Shown piece after piece: positions 46,144 through 56,627 of a DNA stretch of 64,000 bases. This DNA is from an uncultured Spirochaetota bacterium (lineage in GTDB: Bacteria > Spirochaetota > UBA4802 > UBA5550), in assembly GCA_963827275.1 (NCBI GenBank), contig CAWHAA010000001.1, positions 160,001-224,000 of the forward strand, read 5' to 3'. Made by a program: the position numbers and the translations under genes. The first letter of the stretch is position 1, and each line of letters begins with the position of its first letter. The notes beneath the pieces were generated by a model. That model worked only from the letters and a program-made list of their open reading frames with translations. It made no database searches and was not told the DNA's origin.

Positions 46144-47025
46144 TCATTTAGCCTTTATCCATTTACCCAGCAAAATCAAAAGTTTACTCGCGAACCAGTC
46201 CATCATCCAGGTGGGCGTGATTGCGTGGCTGTAGACTAATAACCTGGCCTCATAACCCACCAGGTAACGGGCCTTCGGACTTCGTGCGCTCAGGGCGCGA
46301 ATTATCACCCTGACGGCCTTTTTCATGGATATCCCCATTTCAGCCTGCCATTTAGGGAAGACGCTCAGGGTCTTCAACTCATTTTGATACAGATCTCTGG
46401 CCTTCTGCGGGAGGGAAGCAATCAATTTCTCTGTGCTGGAATCTATCTTTTCCCACATGGGTGTTTTTATTGTCTGCAATTCCACGGAAGATACCCTGAT
46501 TTTCCACGGCCGAAGTTCTATCCGGAGAGCGCTTGCCGCAGCCTCCAGCGCGAATTTTGACGCGGAATAAGGCGCCATCAGCGGCAGTGTCATCCTGCCG
46601 CTCTCGGAACTCGTGAACACGATTCTCCCCTGCGCCTTGCGTAAAAGCGGCAGGAACGTCTGCGTCACGAAGACGTGACCGAAAACATTGACCCGTATCT
46701 GCTGTTCAAATAGTTCGATGGGTATTATTTCCAAAGGCCCCTGGACCGAAATCCCGGCGTTGTTGAAGAGCGCGTCCAGGCCGGCGCCGCCGAGGGCTTT
46801 TTCAATCTCACGCGCTCCCCGTTTCACGCTTTCATAGTCCACAATGTCCATGATCACCGGCGTGATCTTCCCGGAGGAAGCCTCCGTCAGTTTTTTCGCA
46901 TCCGCCTCTTTCCTTACGGCGGAAAATACCCGCCATCCTTTTTCGGCAAGCGCCAGTGAAGTTGCCCAGCCAATGCCTGTGGAAGCGCCGGTCACCAGCA
47001 CGGATTTTCTTTTATCAGAATTCAT
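46144..47025 (-). CDS. Short-chain dehydrogenase/reductase (17beta-HSD/retinol DH-like)
   Basis: TGASTGIG, NNAG and YSASK motifs. Confidence 0.92.
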   Translation of the reverse strand: MNSDKRKSVLVTGASTGIGWATSLALAEKGWRVFSAVRKEADAKKLTEASSGKITPVIMDIVDYESVKRGAREIEKALGGAGLDALFNNAGISVQGPLEIIPIELFEQQIRVNVFGHVFVTQTFLPLLRKAQGRIVFTSSESGRMTLPLMAPYSASKFALEAAASALRIELRPWKIRVSSVELQTIKTPMWEKIDSSTEKLIASLPQKARDLYQNELKTLSVFPKWQAEMGISMKKAVRVIIRALSARSPKARYLVGYEARLLVYSHAITPTWMMDWFASKLLILLGKWIKAK

Positions 47026-47070
47026 AATTAAGCCTCCAGTAATAATTAATATTGCGTTTTAATCCTGAGA

Positions 47071-48108
47071 TTATCTCCCTTCGAATTCCTTGAAAATTTC
47101 AGCTTTCTCAAGAGTAGCGGTTGTATTTTTAACCAGGCCTACTATATCTTTTGTTTTTAATTTGCTCATGTCCAGACTGTTAATATTTGCATCTATATAC
47201 TTGATATATTCTTCCATCGCCATCTTGGTATCTCTCGTGTCGAGACATCGAACGCTCTGCTCCAGCTCAAGGCTTAACCCGTGACGCAGCGTTGTATTCA
47301 TGCCGTTCAGGACACTCTTCTTGATGGCATCGATGCCCACGGGCGGCCGTTTGCTCATTGTATCCGCAAAATCCTGCACTTTGCTCAGGAATTCCTTCTT
47401 CTTGAAAAAATCCGTTATCAACCCTATCTGTCTCGCTTCAAATGGTTCGAGCTGGTTTCCTTTCAGCATTAATTCGAGGGCCTTTGCCCTGCCGATGAGG
47501 CGTGGAAGCCGTTGAGTATTTCCTCCGCCGGGGACTATCCCAACCAGACACTCGGGCTGACCGATACTAAATCCCTGATCGCCTATCATGAACCTGAAGT
47601 CACAGCATGCCGAAAGCTCGGTTCCGCCACCGTTACACGACCCGTTTATAGCGGCTATTGTCACTTTGTTCAACCTCTCAATGGCGTGGTAGGCCCGCGT
47701 CATCTGAAACCATAAAAACATACCGGAAGAATATACCCGTATGAGTTTTGCAAATTTAAGCATTAACCATTCATACCATGAGAAATAATCCATAAGCCAG
47801 TTGTTGAAAGTCATATATAGTGCGAGAATAGCGCCGGTAAATCTGAATTTTACTGCTAAATGCAGGAGCAGTCTCCTGTTGTGCGTTGATAATTGTAATA
47901 GTTCAGGTATTGAATAATGCATTAAATAAATATCATCCCGGGCACCGGTGATAACCAACACTCTGATAGAATCATCTTTTCTGACTTTTTTTATAAGCAC
48001 GAATAATTCTTCAAGTACATCCATGGTTAAAAAATTAACTGGCGGATTGTTTATTTCAACCCATAGCGTTTGATTTTCCTTTCTTGTTTTAAGATACTTA
48101 AATTCCAT
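47071..48108 (-). CDS. Enoyl-CoA hydratase/isomerase family protein with an internal insertion
   Basis: NNPPVN, IAAING.CNGGGTEL..CDFR and QPE..VGIVPGGG..QRLPRLIG motifs. Confidence 0.88.
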   Translation of the reverse strand: MEFKYLKTRKENQTLWVEINNPPVNFLTMDVLEELFVLIKKVRKDDSIRVLVITGARDDIYLMHYSIPELLQLSTHNRRLLLHLAVKFRFTGAILALYMTFNNWLMDYFSWYEWLMLKFAKLIRVYSSGMFLWFQMTRAYHAIERLNKVTIAAINGSCNGGGTELSACCDFRFMIGDQGFSIGQPECLVGIVPGGGNTQRLPRLIGRAKALELMLKGNQLEPFEARQIGLITDFFKKKEFLSKVQDFADTMSKRPPVGIDAIKKSVLNGMNTTLRHGLSLELEQSVRCLDTRDTKMAMEEYIKYIDANINSLDMSKLKTKDIVGLVKNTTATLEKAEIFKEFEGR

Positions 48109-48272
48109 ATTATTCCTCCTATTTGACAGCAATACGCATACAGCTCAATGTTTCAATAAACAGCATATATTTCTTACAGGGGGTTAAGGGGCTAACCCTT
48201 CAAAAAGCACCCGCTGGGTTTCCCCGGTTGCAAAATGGTCGTTTTATATCACGTTTATTTCAGATGATAAGT

Positions 48273-48327
48273 AAATATGAACTTTTTTTCATATTTGTCA
48301 ATCATAATATGAACAAAAGTTCATATT
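48273..48327. promoter_or_regulatory. Two tandem palindromic operators (probable TetR sites)
   Basis: AAATATGAACTTTTTTTCATATTT (48273-48296) and AATATGAACAAAAGTTCATATT (48306-48327), between the divergent ECH and TetR genes. Confidence 0.75.
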
Positions 48328-48402
48328 TTTTTGTTGAATTAAAAAACAGCAATAAATTATAATGTTAATGTTGATATTAAACTTTATGTTTGGAGACAAA
48401 TT

Positions 48403-49038
48403 GTGACCGTAAAAAATAAAGCCAGAATTCCGGCACAAAAACGCGGAATTGAAACAAGAAATAAAATTTTAGAAGCAGCCTGGACTCTTTTCGGCGAAAA
48501 GGGGTATTTTAAAACCAATCCCCGTGATATAGCCAAACATGCCGGAGTCGCTACCGGGTCCTTTTATGCATATTTTAACAATAAGAAGGAAGTTGGAATT
48601 GAGTTAATGAGGCGTTTTTATAAAGAAGCCACTGCAAAATCACTCTCAAATTTCAATTTAGAGATCAGTGATAAAATTCCGGAAAATCTTGATTCCGCCA
48701 GAAAGCTTGTGCGGTTTGTCATTCAGTCTTTAAAGGAATCCCATGCCATCAACCCTTTGCTTCACAAGGAGGCCTCCGCGCTGATACTTCTGGACGACGA
48801 GGTGAACGCAATAAACAACGAGGAACAGAAGATAGTAATATCATATTTAATCGCCTTATTCCAGCAGTACAAAAAATTTATTCGTGTGGAGGATCTGGAG
48901 GCGGCAGCCTCGCTCCTGTTCAGGACCAGCGATGAAATTATCCACAGGATCATGTTTAATAAAGAAGAGGTTAATGAGGAGCGGCTCCTCAGGGAACTCG
49001 AGGACATGATTTGCAGCTATCTTTTTATTACCGGTTGA
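48403..49038 (+). CDS. TetR/AcrR-family transcriptional regulator
   Basis: TRNKILEAA..LF..KGY..T...IAKHAGVATGSFYAYF.NK pattern. Confidence 0.95.
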   Translation: MTVKNKARIPAQKRGIETRNKILEAAWTLFGEKGYFKTNPRDIAKHAGVATGSFYAYFNNKKEVGIELMRRFYKEATAKSLSNFNLEISDKIPENLDSARKLVRFVIQSLKESHAINPLLHKEASALILLDDEVNAINNEEQKIVISYLIALFQQYKKFIRVEDLEAAASLLFRTSDEIIHRIMFNKEEVNEERLLRELEDMICSYLFITG

Positions 49039-49207
49039 AAAAACCAGATAGAGGTGTCTTTTTACAGAACACAACAACCTGGAAAAATAACGGCGCATCG
49101 CGCAAGCTGCCCATACGCCTGAGATTTGTGATTCAAGGACATCGTTTCAACCGATAATGGCTTGTGTCAAAAATTGTTTTAAGCTATAACAATAAAATGG
49201 AATAAAG

Positions 49208-49242
49208 CGGAGGGGCAGCCGTGGTGGCGCCCCCTCCCTTTT
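49208..49242. terminator. Hairpin between convergent tetR and ilvC
   Basis: GGAGGGGC...GCCCCTCC followed by CTTTT. Confidence 0.55.
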
Positions 49243-49251
49243 CATAATAGC

Positions 49252-50247
49252 TTACTTCGCGTTGATCCACTTCATCATCTTGCGGAGCTCCGCGCCCACC
49301 TTCTCGATAAGGTGGTTTTTCTGCTCTTCTTTTATCTTGTTAAAGAACGGCCGCCCCTTCTCGTTTTCCTTGATCCAGTTCTTCGCGAAGGTCCCGTCCT
49401 GGATCTCCTTGAGGATCTTCTTCATCTCTTTCCTGGTCTTGCCGTTGATGATCCGGGGACCGCTCACGTAGTCGCCGTACTCGGCCGTATCGGAGACCGA
49501 ATAGCGCATGTAGTTTATCCCGCCCTGGTAGAACAGGTCCACGATGAGCTTGAGCTCGTGGAGGCACTCGAAGTAGGCGATCTCCGGCTGGTAGCCCGCC
49601 CCGACCAGCGTGTCGAACCCGGCCTTGACGAGCTCGGAGACTCCGCCGCAGAGGACCGTCTGCTCGCCGAAGAGGTCGGTCTCGGTCTCTTCCTTGAAAG
49701 TGGTCTCGATGACCCCGGCCCGCGTCGCGCCGAGGCCCTTCGCGTACGCCAGCGCCGTCTGCTTCGCCGTTCCCGACGCGTCGTTATGCATGGCGATCAG
49801 GCACGGCACGCCGCCGCCCTTCTCGTATTCGCTCCGGACCAGGTGGCCGGGGCCCTTCGGCGCGATCATGATAACGTCGATCTCCTTCGGCGGCACGATC
49901 TGCCCGAAGTGGATGTTGAACCCGTGCGAGAAGACGAGCGTCTTGCCCGCCTTCATGAAAGGCTCGACGTCCTGCCGGTAGAGCTTCGCCTGCACGTGGT
50001 CCTGCGCGAGGATCTGGATCAGGTCGGCCTTTTCAGCCGCTTCCCGGGCGGTCACGGGCTTGAAGTTGTGCGACTCTGCCAGCCGATAGTTATCGGTGCC
50101 GGGCAGCTCCGCCACGATCACGTTCAGGCCGCTGTCCCTGAGGTTCTGGGCCTGGGCGTGTCCCTGGCTCCCGTACCCGATGATCGCAATCGTTTTATTT
50201 TTTAACACGCCGAGGTCGGCGTCGCTGTCGTAATACATTTTTGCCAT
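49252..50247 (-). CDS. ilvC: Ketol-acid reductoisomerase
   Basis: [19 protein letters not shown] and [10 protein letters not shown] motifs. Confidence 0.98.
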   Translation of the reverse strand: MAKMYYDSDADLGVLKNKTIAIIGYGSQGHAQAQNLRDSGLNVIVAELPGTDNYRLAESHNFKPVTAREAAEKADLIQILAQDHVQAKLYRQDVEPFMKAGKTLVFSHGFNIHFGQIVPPKEIDVIMIAPKGPGHLVRSEYEKGGGVPCLIAMHNDASGTAKQTALAYAKGLGATRAGVIETTFKEETETDLFGEQTVLCGGVSELVKAGFDTLVGAGYQPEIAYFECLHELKLIVDLFYQGGINYMRYSVSDTAEYGDYVSGPRIINGKTRKEMKKILKEIQDGTFAKNWIKENEKGRPFFNKIKEEQKNHLIEKVGAELRKMMKWINAK

Positions 50248-50286
50248 TTTGTACTCCTTTTTGGCCTTCAATCCCACAGGGGGCGC

Positions 50287-50372
50287 GGGTCAAAGTAAAT
50301 TATTTATAAAATATCCCGATAGTTATCGGTAACTTCCGGGGTCAGAGCCCCATCAAACAGATAGTTATCGGT
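50287..50372. repeat. REP-like repeat copy between ilvN and ilvC
   Basis: GGGTCAAAGTAAA, CCGATAGTTATCGG (50316), GGGGTCAGAG (50338) and GATAGTTATCGG (50360). Confidence 0.75.
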
Positions 50373-50463
50373 AAATACAAGCCTTTATAAAAAGAAATGC
50401 CCTATTCCACTGCAAATCCAGAGCCTCCTCCGGGGGATCGGGGGGCCTTTGCGAACAAGGCGC

Positions 50464-50940
50464 CTATTCCTTCAACAGCGACACCCGCCCGGTCCGCATC
50501 AGCTCCTTGATGCCGTAGGGCTTGAGCAGTTCGATAAAATTATTGACATGCTCGGGGTCGCCCTTCACTCCCAGGGTGATTGTCCTGGGGGATATGTCGG
50601 CGATATCGGCCCTGAATATCTCACCCAGCTGGTATATCTCGGGCCGCTTGGCCGGGGCCGCGTTCACCTTCACCAGGACGAGCTCGCGCTCCACCGTGGG
50701 GATTCCCGTATGGTCGCTCACCTTGATGACGTCAACGAGCTTGTTGAGCTGTTTCTTCACCTGCTCGATGACCCGGTCGTCGCCGCGGACCACGATCGTC
50801 ATGACCGATACGTCCTCCTGCTCGGTGGCGCTCACCGCCAGCGAATCGATGTTATAGCCCCGCGCGGAGAAGAGGCCGGCCACGCGCGCCAGGACCCCGA
50901 ACCGGTTCTCCACCTTGACCGATATCACGTACTGTTTCAT
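50464..50940 (-). CDS. ilvN: Acetolactate synthase small (regulatory) subunit
   Basis: VENRFGVLARVAGLFSARGYNIDSLAV and KQLNKLVDVIKV motifs. Confidence 0.96.
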   Translation of the reverse strand: MKQYVISVKVENRFGVLARVAGLFSARGYNIDSLAVSATEQEDVSVMTIVVRGDDRVIEQVKKQLNKLVDVIKVSDHTGIPTVERELVLVKVNAAPAKRPEIYQLGEIFRADIADISPRTITLGVKGDPEHVNNFIELLKPYGIKELMRTGRVSLLKE

Positions 50941-50966
50941 ACTGTCTCCGTTTGACGCAGCCATGG

Positions 50967-52660
50967 CTATGCGAGCAGCTCCCTCATGATGATCTCCTTG
51001 AACGACTGCCCGGCGGGGACCATCGGGTATACGTTCTCCTCGCGCGAGACGCGGAAGTCGATGATGATGGGCCGGTCGGTTATGGCCAGCGCCTGCTGCA
51101 GCGCGGTCGCAACGTCCTCGTTCTTCTCGACGCGGATCCCGGCCGCGCCGTACGCCTCCGCGAGCTTCACGAAATCCGGCGCGAAATCGATGCAGGTGTG
51201 GCTGTAGCGCTTTTCCCAGAACAGCTGCTGCCACTGGCGCACCATGCCAAGGAAGCCGTTGTTCAGGATCGCGATGATGACCGGCAGGCGGTGCTGCACC
51301 GCCACGATGAGCTCCTGGATGTTCATCTGGATCGAGCCGTCGCCGGCGATGTCGATGACCCGCTTGTCCGGCCGCGCGAGCTGCGCGCCGATGGCCGCGG
51401 GAAAGCCGTATCCCATGGTGCCCAGGCCGCCGGACGATATGAAGGTCCGCGGCTCGGTGTACTTGTAGAACTGCGCCGCCCACATCTGGTTCTGTCCCAC
51501 CTCGGTGCAGATGATCGCGTCGCCCTTTGTCTGGCGGTATATTTCCTCGACCACGTACTGCGGTTTGATGTCTGTGCCGTTGTTCTTCTCGTACGTGAGG
51601 GGATGGTCTCTCTTCATGCATATCGATCTCATCGAGCCATTCCCTGATATCCGGGGCCGTTGACCTGGCGGTTCATCTCCGCGAGGACATGCCTGCAGTC
51701 GCCCACGATGGGGATATCGACCGGCACGGTTTTGCTGACCGACGCCGGGTCGATGTCGATATGGATGACCTTCGCGTTGGGGATGAATTCGGCGATCTTG
51801 CCGGTGACCCGGTCGTCGAACCGGGCGCCGACCGCTATGAGCAGGTCGGACTCGTTCACGGCGTGGTTCGCGTAATAGGTGCCGTGCATGCCCAGCATCT
51901 CCAGGGCAAGCCGGTCGGTCTCGGGATAGACCCCCAGGCCCAGCAGGGTCGTGGTGACCGGGATCTGCGTTTTGGCCACGAACTCCCTGAGCTCTTTCGA
52001 CGCGTTTGATATGACCACGCCGCCGCCGGCGTAAATGACGGGGCGCTTTGCCGCCTCGATCAGCTGGCAGGCCTTCTTGATCTGCCCGGGGTGCCCCTCG
52101 TACACCGGCTTGTAGCTGCGGATGTTCACCGTTTCAGGATAGCTGAATTTTGACTCGCCGTTTGATATATCGACGGGCACGTCAATGAGGACCGGGCCGG
52201 GCCTGCCGGTCGATGCGATGTAAAAGGCCTCCTTGATGATGCGCGGGAGGTCGGCGATGTCCTGGACAAGGTAGTTGTGCTTCGTGATGGGACGGGTGAT
52301 CCCGGTCGAATCGACCTCCTGGAAGGCGTCGTTCCCGATCTGCTCCCTCTTCACCTGCCCGGTGAATACGACCAGGGGCACCGAATCCAGGTGCGCGGTG
52401 GCGATCCCCGTCACGCAGTTCGTGGCGCCGGGTCCCGAGGTGGCGATGACGACGCCCACCCTGCCCGAGGCACGGGCATAGCCGTCAGCGGCATGCACCG
52501 CCCCCTGCTCATGCCGGGAAAGGATGAACCTGAAGGGCGCATTGTGCAGCGCATGGAAAATGGGAATTACCACGCCGCCGGGGTAACCGAACATGCACTC
52601 GACCTTCTCCTTCTTGAGGCATTCAACGATAATATCAGCGCCTTTCATCTTCAAGAACAT
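50967..52660 (-). CDS. ilvB: Acetolactate synthase large subunit (frameshift at ~51640)
   Basis: [20 protein letters not shown] and [13 protein letters not shown] motif GDGSIQMN...[10 protein letters not shown] lies in the second frame. Confidence 0.95.
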
Positions 52661-52941
52661 TCTCCGCGTGAGAGGATAAGAATCCTTCTTTATATACATT
52701 AACAACGTTTCAATGCCGTCGTAATTTATATAAGAAAGAAAGTGTTTAACATACGGTCCCTCATGTTTTTTTGTCAATTTTTTTTCTTTATGGATACCGC
52801 CTCTTCCGGCAGCTTTTTCCGTCAAAATGAAAAAATTCCTTGAAATAATCAATGATGCGGATATCCTTCCGTGGAAGGGCGAATCCTGGATAGCACGCCA
52901 TCAGGCGCCGACATTACACCCGGACCGGACCGATAACCCAG

Positions 52942-53856
52942 ATGCTTGATAAATTCGTAGAAGAAATTTTCGGAATGATCGTCGCGCACAACTCGAAGGC
53001 GAACAATGACGCTATCCCCCACTCCGACAACTTCGCGAAAGAGGTGCAATCCCTCCTGGGGATCGACCACCCGGAAATCATCAGGATCATACGGATATTA
53101 AAAGACTCCCACAAGATCTTCACGTTCGAGATCATAAAGGAAGACCCGGAAAACGAGATCAAGCGGATCGACGGGTACGTGGAAACCGACCTCCAGACCA
53201 TCCGCAAACTCAAGAATTATTTCCAGAAGCTCCTCATGGACGAGTACGAAAAGCAGTTCAGCAAGCGCATGCTGGTCCACCAGGTCGTGAAGGACATGTA
53301 TGCGCGGCCCGGCTTTTACAAAAACACGATGCTCGGGCAGGTCGGCAACAAGGCGATCATGCTGGAGGAATACGAGGGCTTCATAGAGCGGAATTTCAAT
53401 GAATTCACCGACTCGTGGAAGACGAAAAAGCTCACCGAGCTGATTGCGATGTCCGAAAACAAGCTGCTCGGGGACGCGCCGGCATCGAAAGAGAGCGTCG
53501 CCCCGGAGGGAAGCCAGCCGGCCCGGAGGACGGCCTCGTCAAGCCAGCGCGCGGTGGATTCCGCGCAATACCAGAATTATACCGCCGATAAATCCAAACA
53601 GTCGATCGATAAAGTGTTACAGATATACGGGGTCGAGTTCTTCTTCAGAATACACCTGCGGAAATATGAATTTGAATCACTGCGGCAGATCATTGAAAGC
53701 GGGGTGATCGACCGGCGGAGCGACCTGGCCAAGCTGAAAGAGATGATACAGAAGATGAAATCAAACACGGGGAAAGACCCGAAGCTCCTCGAATACTCGG
53801 ACCAGATCTACAAGCTCGAGCGGATGATTTCACGGCAGATGCTTTACAGCAACTGA
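52942..53856 (+). CDS. Hypothetical cytoplasmic protein
   Basis: 304-aa ORF with host-like codon usage; no recognised motif. Confidence 0.7.
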   Translation: MLDKFVEEIFGMIVAHNSKANNDAIPHSDNFAKEVQSLLGIDHPEIIRIIRILKDSHKIFTFEIIKEDPENEIKRIDGYVETDLQTIRKLKNYFQKLLMDEYEKQFSKRMLVHQVVKDMYARPGFYKNTMLGQVGNKAIMLEEYEGFIERNFNEFTDSWKTKKLTELIAMSENKLLGDAPASKESVAPEGSQPARRTASSSQRAVDSAQYQNYTADKSKQSIDKVLQIYGVEFFFRIHLRKYEFESLRQIIESGVIDRRSDLAKLKEMIQKMKSNTGKDPKLLEYSDQIYKLERMISRQMLYSN

Positions 53857-53874
53857 CCGGTCCCCGTCCGGCGC

Positions 53875-54432
53875 TTACTTCGACGCGCACGGGATCTTCC
53901 CGTCCATGTAATCCTTGAACGGCACTTTTTTCTGATAACATTCTTCCCTGATATATCTCAGAAGCGGCAGGAAGGTCTCCCTGTTGATGTATCCCGGGAT
54001 CTTTGTGATCAGGGCGCCGTCGCGGTCCATGAACACGACCGTGGGAAGACCCTGAACGCCGAGCATCATGCTGAATTCCTGCTTGGTGAGCAGGTGGTTC
54101 TTGTACTTTATTGTTTCGCCAGGGTCCCTGTCGGTATGGATGCGTATGCAGATATAATTGTCCCTGAGATTTTTCGCCACCTCGGGGTCGGAGAAGACCT
54201 CGGCCTCCATCTTGCGGCACCAGCCGCACCAGTCCGCGTAAAAGTCCATCACGATGTGCTTGCGCTTTTCCGCCGCGAGCTTCACTCCTTCATTGAACGG
54301 ATGCCAGGTGATGGCGGCGTCTCCCCCGGAAACGGCGCCCTGCTTTTCTCTCTCCTTCTCCGACGACTTTGAACAGGCGGGAGCCGTGACCAGTACCGCC
54401 AGCGCTATCAGAAGTATATTGACCTTATTCAT
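53875..54432 (-). CDS. Thioredoxin-fold lipoprotein (SoxW/DUF255-like)
   Basis: Lipobox APAC; DFYADWCGWCRKM active site; GLPT cis-Pro loop. Confidence 0.88.
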   Translation of the reverse strand: MNKVNILLIALAVLVTAPACSKSSEKEREKQGAVSGGDAAITWHPFNEGVKLAAEKRKHIVMDFYADWCGWCRKMEAEVFSDPEVAKNLRDNYICIRIHTDRDPGETIKYKNHLLTKQEFSMMLGVQGLPTVVFMDRDGALITKIPGYINRETFLPLLRYIREECYQKKVPFKDYMDGKIPCASK

Positions 54433-54684
54433 TGGTATCTCCATGGATTTGAACATTCCGCCCGCAACGGATAGGATGATGCAGCAATAAAACAATAAAA
54501 CCATCTGTCAAATACAATACGTACGCCCGTGTATCGCATACTCATGTATGGAAATCCCTCATGGCAGATGTTACGCCGCTGCACCATGGAATCCAGTTAT
54601 TTTAGAATTTAATTAATTACTTTATATTTGTCAAGCTTTTTCCCATAAAAAATATCATTGACCGGCGCCATCATCTACGGGCAG

Positions 54685-55317
54685 ATGATGGGCATGAAAC
54701 ATACCGCCGGCAAACGCAGCATCGGGATCATTATCGCAACCACAATCGAGGCGGAGCCCTTCCTGAGGGGCCTCGATCTCGCCACCGCGGAGACAAAACC
54801 GGTCCGCGTATGGAGCGGGGAGCGCGTTGTTCTCGCGCTATCGGACATAGGAAAGTCAAACGCGGCGATAGCCACCGCGCATTGCATCGAGGCGCACCGG
54901 CCGTCGGTGATACTGAATTTCGGCGCGGCCGGCGCCGCAGACCCGAAGGCGGCGATCGGCGACATCTACCACGTGGACAAGGTGTATGAGCTCGACCGCC
55001 CGCAGATGCAGCACGCCACGCCGGTGGTGCACAAGCCCGACACGCTGAAGGGGTTCCGCAGGGCCTCGTGCGGCACCGCTGACCGGCCGGTGCTTGAAGC
55101 GCATGAACGCGCCCGCGCCGCGCAGTTCGCCGATATCGTCGACATGGAAGCGTCGGCCATTGTCCAGGCCTGCGGGCGGTACGGCGTGAAGTGCCACATC
55201 TTCAAGGTCATCACCGATACGGAGGGAAGCGGGGTGCGGGACATCATACGCAACATGGTGCTGACGAGGAATTCGCTTTTCGAGTTCTACCGGGACAGGG
55301 TGGCGCCCCTGGTGTAA
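54685..55317 (+). CDS. MTA/SAH nucleosidase-like (PNP/UDP superfamily) protein
   Basis: A..IEA, IGKSNAA, NFGAAG, VDMEASA and KVITD motifs. Confidence 0.78.
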   Translation: MMGMKHTAGKRSIGIIIATTIEAEPFLRGLDLATAETKPVRVWSGERVVLALSDIGKSNAAIATAHCIEAHRPSVILNFGAAGAADPKAAIGDIYHVDKVYELDRPQMQHATPVVHKPDTLKGFRRASCGTADRPVLEAHERARAAQFADIVDMEASAIVQACGRYGVKCHIFKVITDTEGSGVRDIIRNMVLTRNSLFEFYRDRVAPLV

Positions 55318-55328
55318 CGGCGGGCGCC

Positions 55329-56273
55329 CTACAGCTCCGCCGGCTCCCTGATCGTGATAGCGTGCTTCTTCATGAAATCCCCGAACCCGTACACCTTTTT
55401 ACCGAGGAAGACCATGTCTATCGCCTGCACCGGGCAGTTATTCACACACCCCATGCACGCGATGCACCCCTTCCTGTCGATGAACGGCGTTTCCATGTCG
55501 ATCACCCCGACGGGGCATTTCTTCACGCAGATGCCGCATTTGGTGCATCGCTCCCTGTCGATCTGGTGCCTGGTTATCATGAGCTTGGTCAACTTCACCT
55601 GGAAAGACCCCTTCAGAAACTCCCCCGCGTAATATTCCTTCTTGATTACGGGCACGGCCCCCCCGCGCACCGTCGCGAGCACCTGTTCTGCGAACCCGCG
55701 CACCTGGCGGTAGATATCCTCATTCGGCCGGTCGCGGTACTTCAGGACCCGCTTTTCATTTCCCATGGACCAGGTCGGCGCGAAGGTTGACATGTTGCCG
55801 AATGTCGCGATGCCGGCCGGGACGCCGCCCTTCTCCGCCAGCAGCTGGAGGAGATACCACGCGGTATTGTACTGGTTGTCGCCCGGGCCCCCGAAGGTGG
55901 AATAGGCCGCGACCGGCGTGCCGTCTATCGACGGGATGTCCTTCAGCCATGACCGAACGTTTTCCGGCGCATCAAGATAATAGACCGGCGTGCCCATGAT
56001 GATGAGGTCGAAATTTTTGATTATGGATTGATCACAGTCGCGGATGTCGAGGGCCTTCACCTTCAGGCCGCGTTTTTCAAGCGTCCTGCCGATGAGCCTG
56101 CCGTTCCGCGCCGTGTGGCCCGCCTGGCTGTACCAGAGAACGAGCGCTGTTTTCGGATTGGTCGTCTTCATATTTTTCCCCGTTGTATCGATCCGCTCCC
56201 CGGCGCACCCCGGGACGGCCGCCATCGCGGCCGCGCCCGCGCCTGCAATCAGGAAGTTCCTTCTTGTTTCCAT
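55329..56273 (-). CDS. EFR1-type flavodoxin/2[4Fe-4S] ferredoxin fusion with a Tat lipoprotein signal
   Basis: TRRNFL and VPGC; YSQAGHT and GTPVY; CTKCGICVKKCP and CIACMGCVNNCP. Confidence 0.85.
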   Translation of the reverse strand: METRRNFLIAGAGAAAMAAVPGCAGERIDTTGKNMKTTNPKTALVLWYSQAGHTARNGRLIGRTLEKRGLKVKALDIRDCDQSIIKNFDLIIMGTPVYYLDAPENVRSWLKDIPSIDGTPVAAYSTFGGPGDNQYNTAWYLLQLLAEKGGVPAGIATFGNMSTFAPTWSMGNEKRVLKYRDRPNEDIYRQVRGFAEQVLATVRGGAVPVIKKEYYAGEFLKGSFQVKLTKLMITRHQIDRERCTKCGICVKKCPVGVIDMETPFIDRKGCIACMGCVNNCPVQAIDMVFLGKKVYGFGDFMKKHAITIREPAEL

Positions 56274-56582
56274 ATACCCCTCCTTCCGCCGGGATAGTGG
56301 TAGCACCATGCCCGCGCCATGTCAAGTACCATACCGGCAACGCTACCGGTCGGCAGGAAACAAGTCCTTCATCAGCCGGCGGAACCCGGTATCGCCATGG
56401 CGGTGCCTGAGCTGCCGGAGCCCGAGGTAAAGAGAACAGTCACGGTTGTTATGATTGACTCACGAGCCTGATTCCACCATGCATCAAGGATAATAAATCC
56501 TGAACGAAGACAGCCCGCGAGAAACGCGGGTTGAATGATCCATACGCACCATCATTTTAAACGTTGAATCCGATCAGATCGT

Positions 56583-56616
56583 AACGGGGTTGTCCCGGGA
56601 CAACCCCGTTCTTTTT
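56583..56616. terminator. Perfect hairpin downstream of the BASS transporter
   Basis: AACGGGGTTGTCCC-C-GGGACAACCCCGTT followed by CTTTTT. Confidence 0.7.
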
Positions 56617-56627
56617 GCCCGCTTTTC

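Noticed and set aside
48306..48327. GAAC-N4-GTTC as a Gram-positive-type LexA box
   Set aside because: It sits inside a longer duplicated palindrome next to a TetR gene and is absent upstream of recA.
50464..51621. 385-aa ilvN fusion ORF
   Set aside because: The N-terminal part is an off-frame reading of ilvB; the real ilvN starts at ~50940-50964.
52660..52940. Attenuator leader upstream of ilvB
   Set aside because: No Ile/Leu/Val-rich uORF with a terminator was found; only a TTGACA..TATGTT promoter-like sequence.
56430..56560. Small hairpins (CCCGCG-AGAAA-CGCGGG) as a riboswitch or ncRNA
   Set aside because: No match to an RNA family I can recognise; a covariance-model search would be needed.
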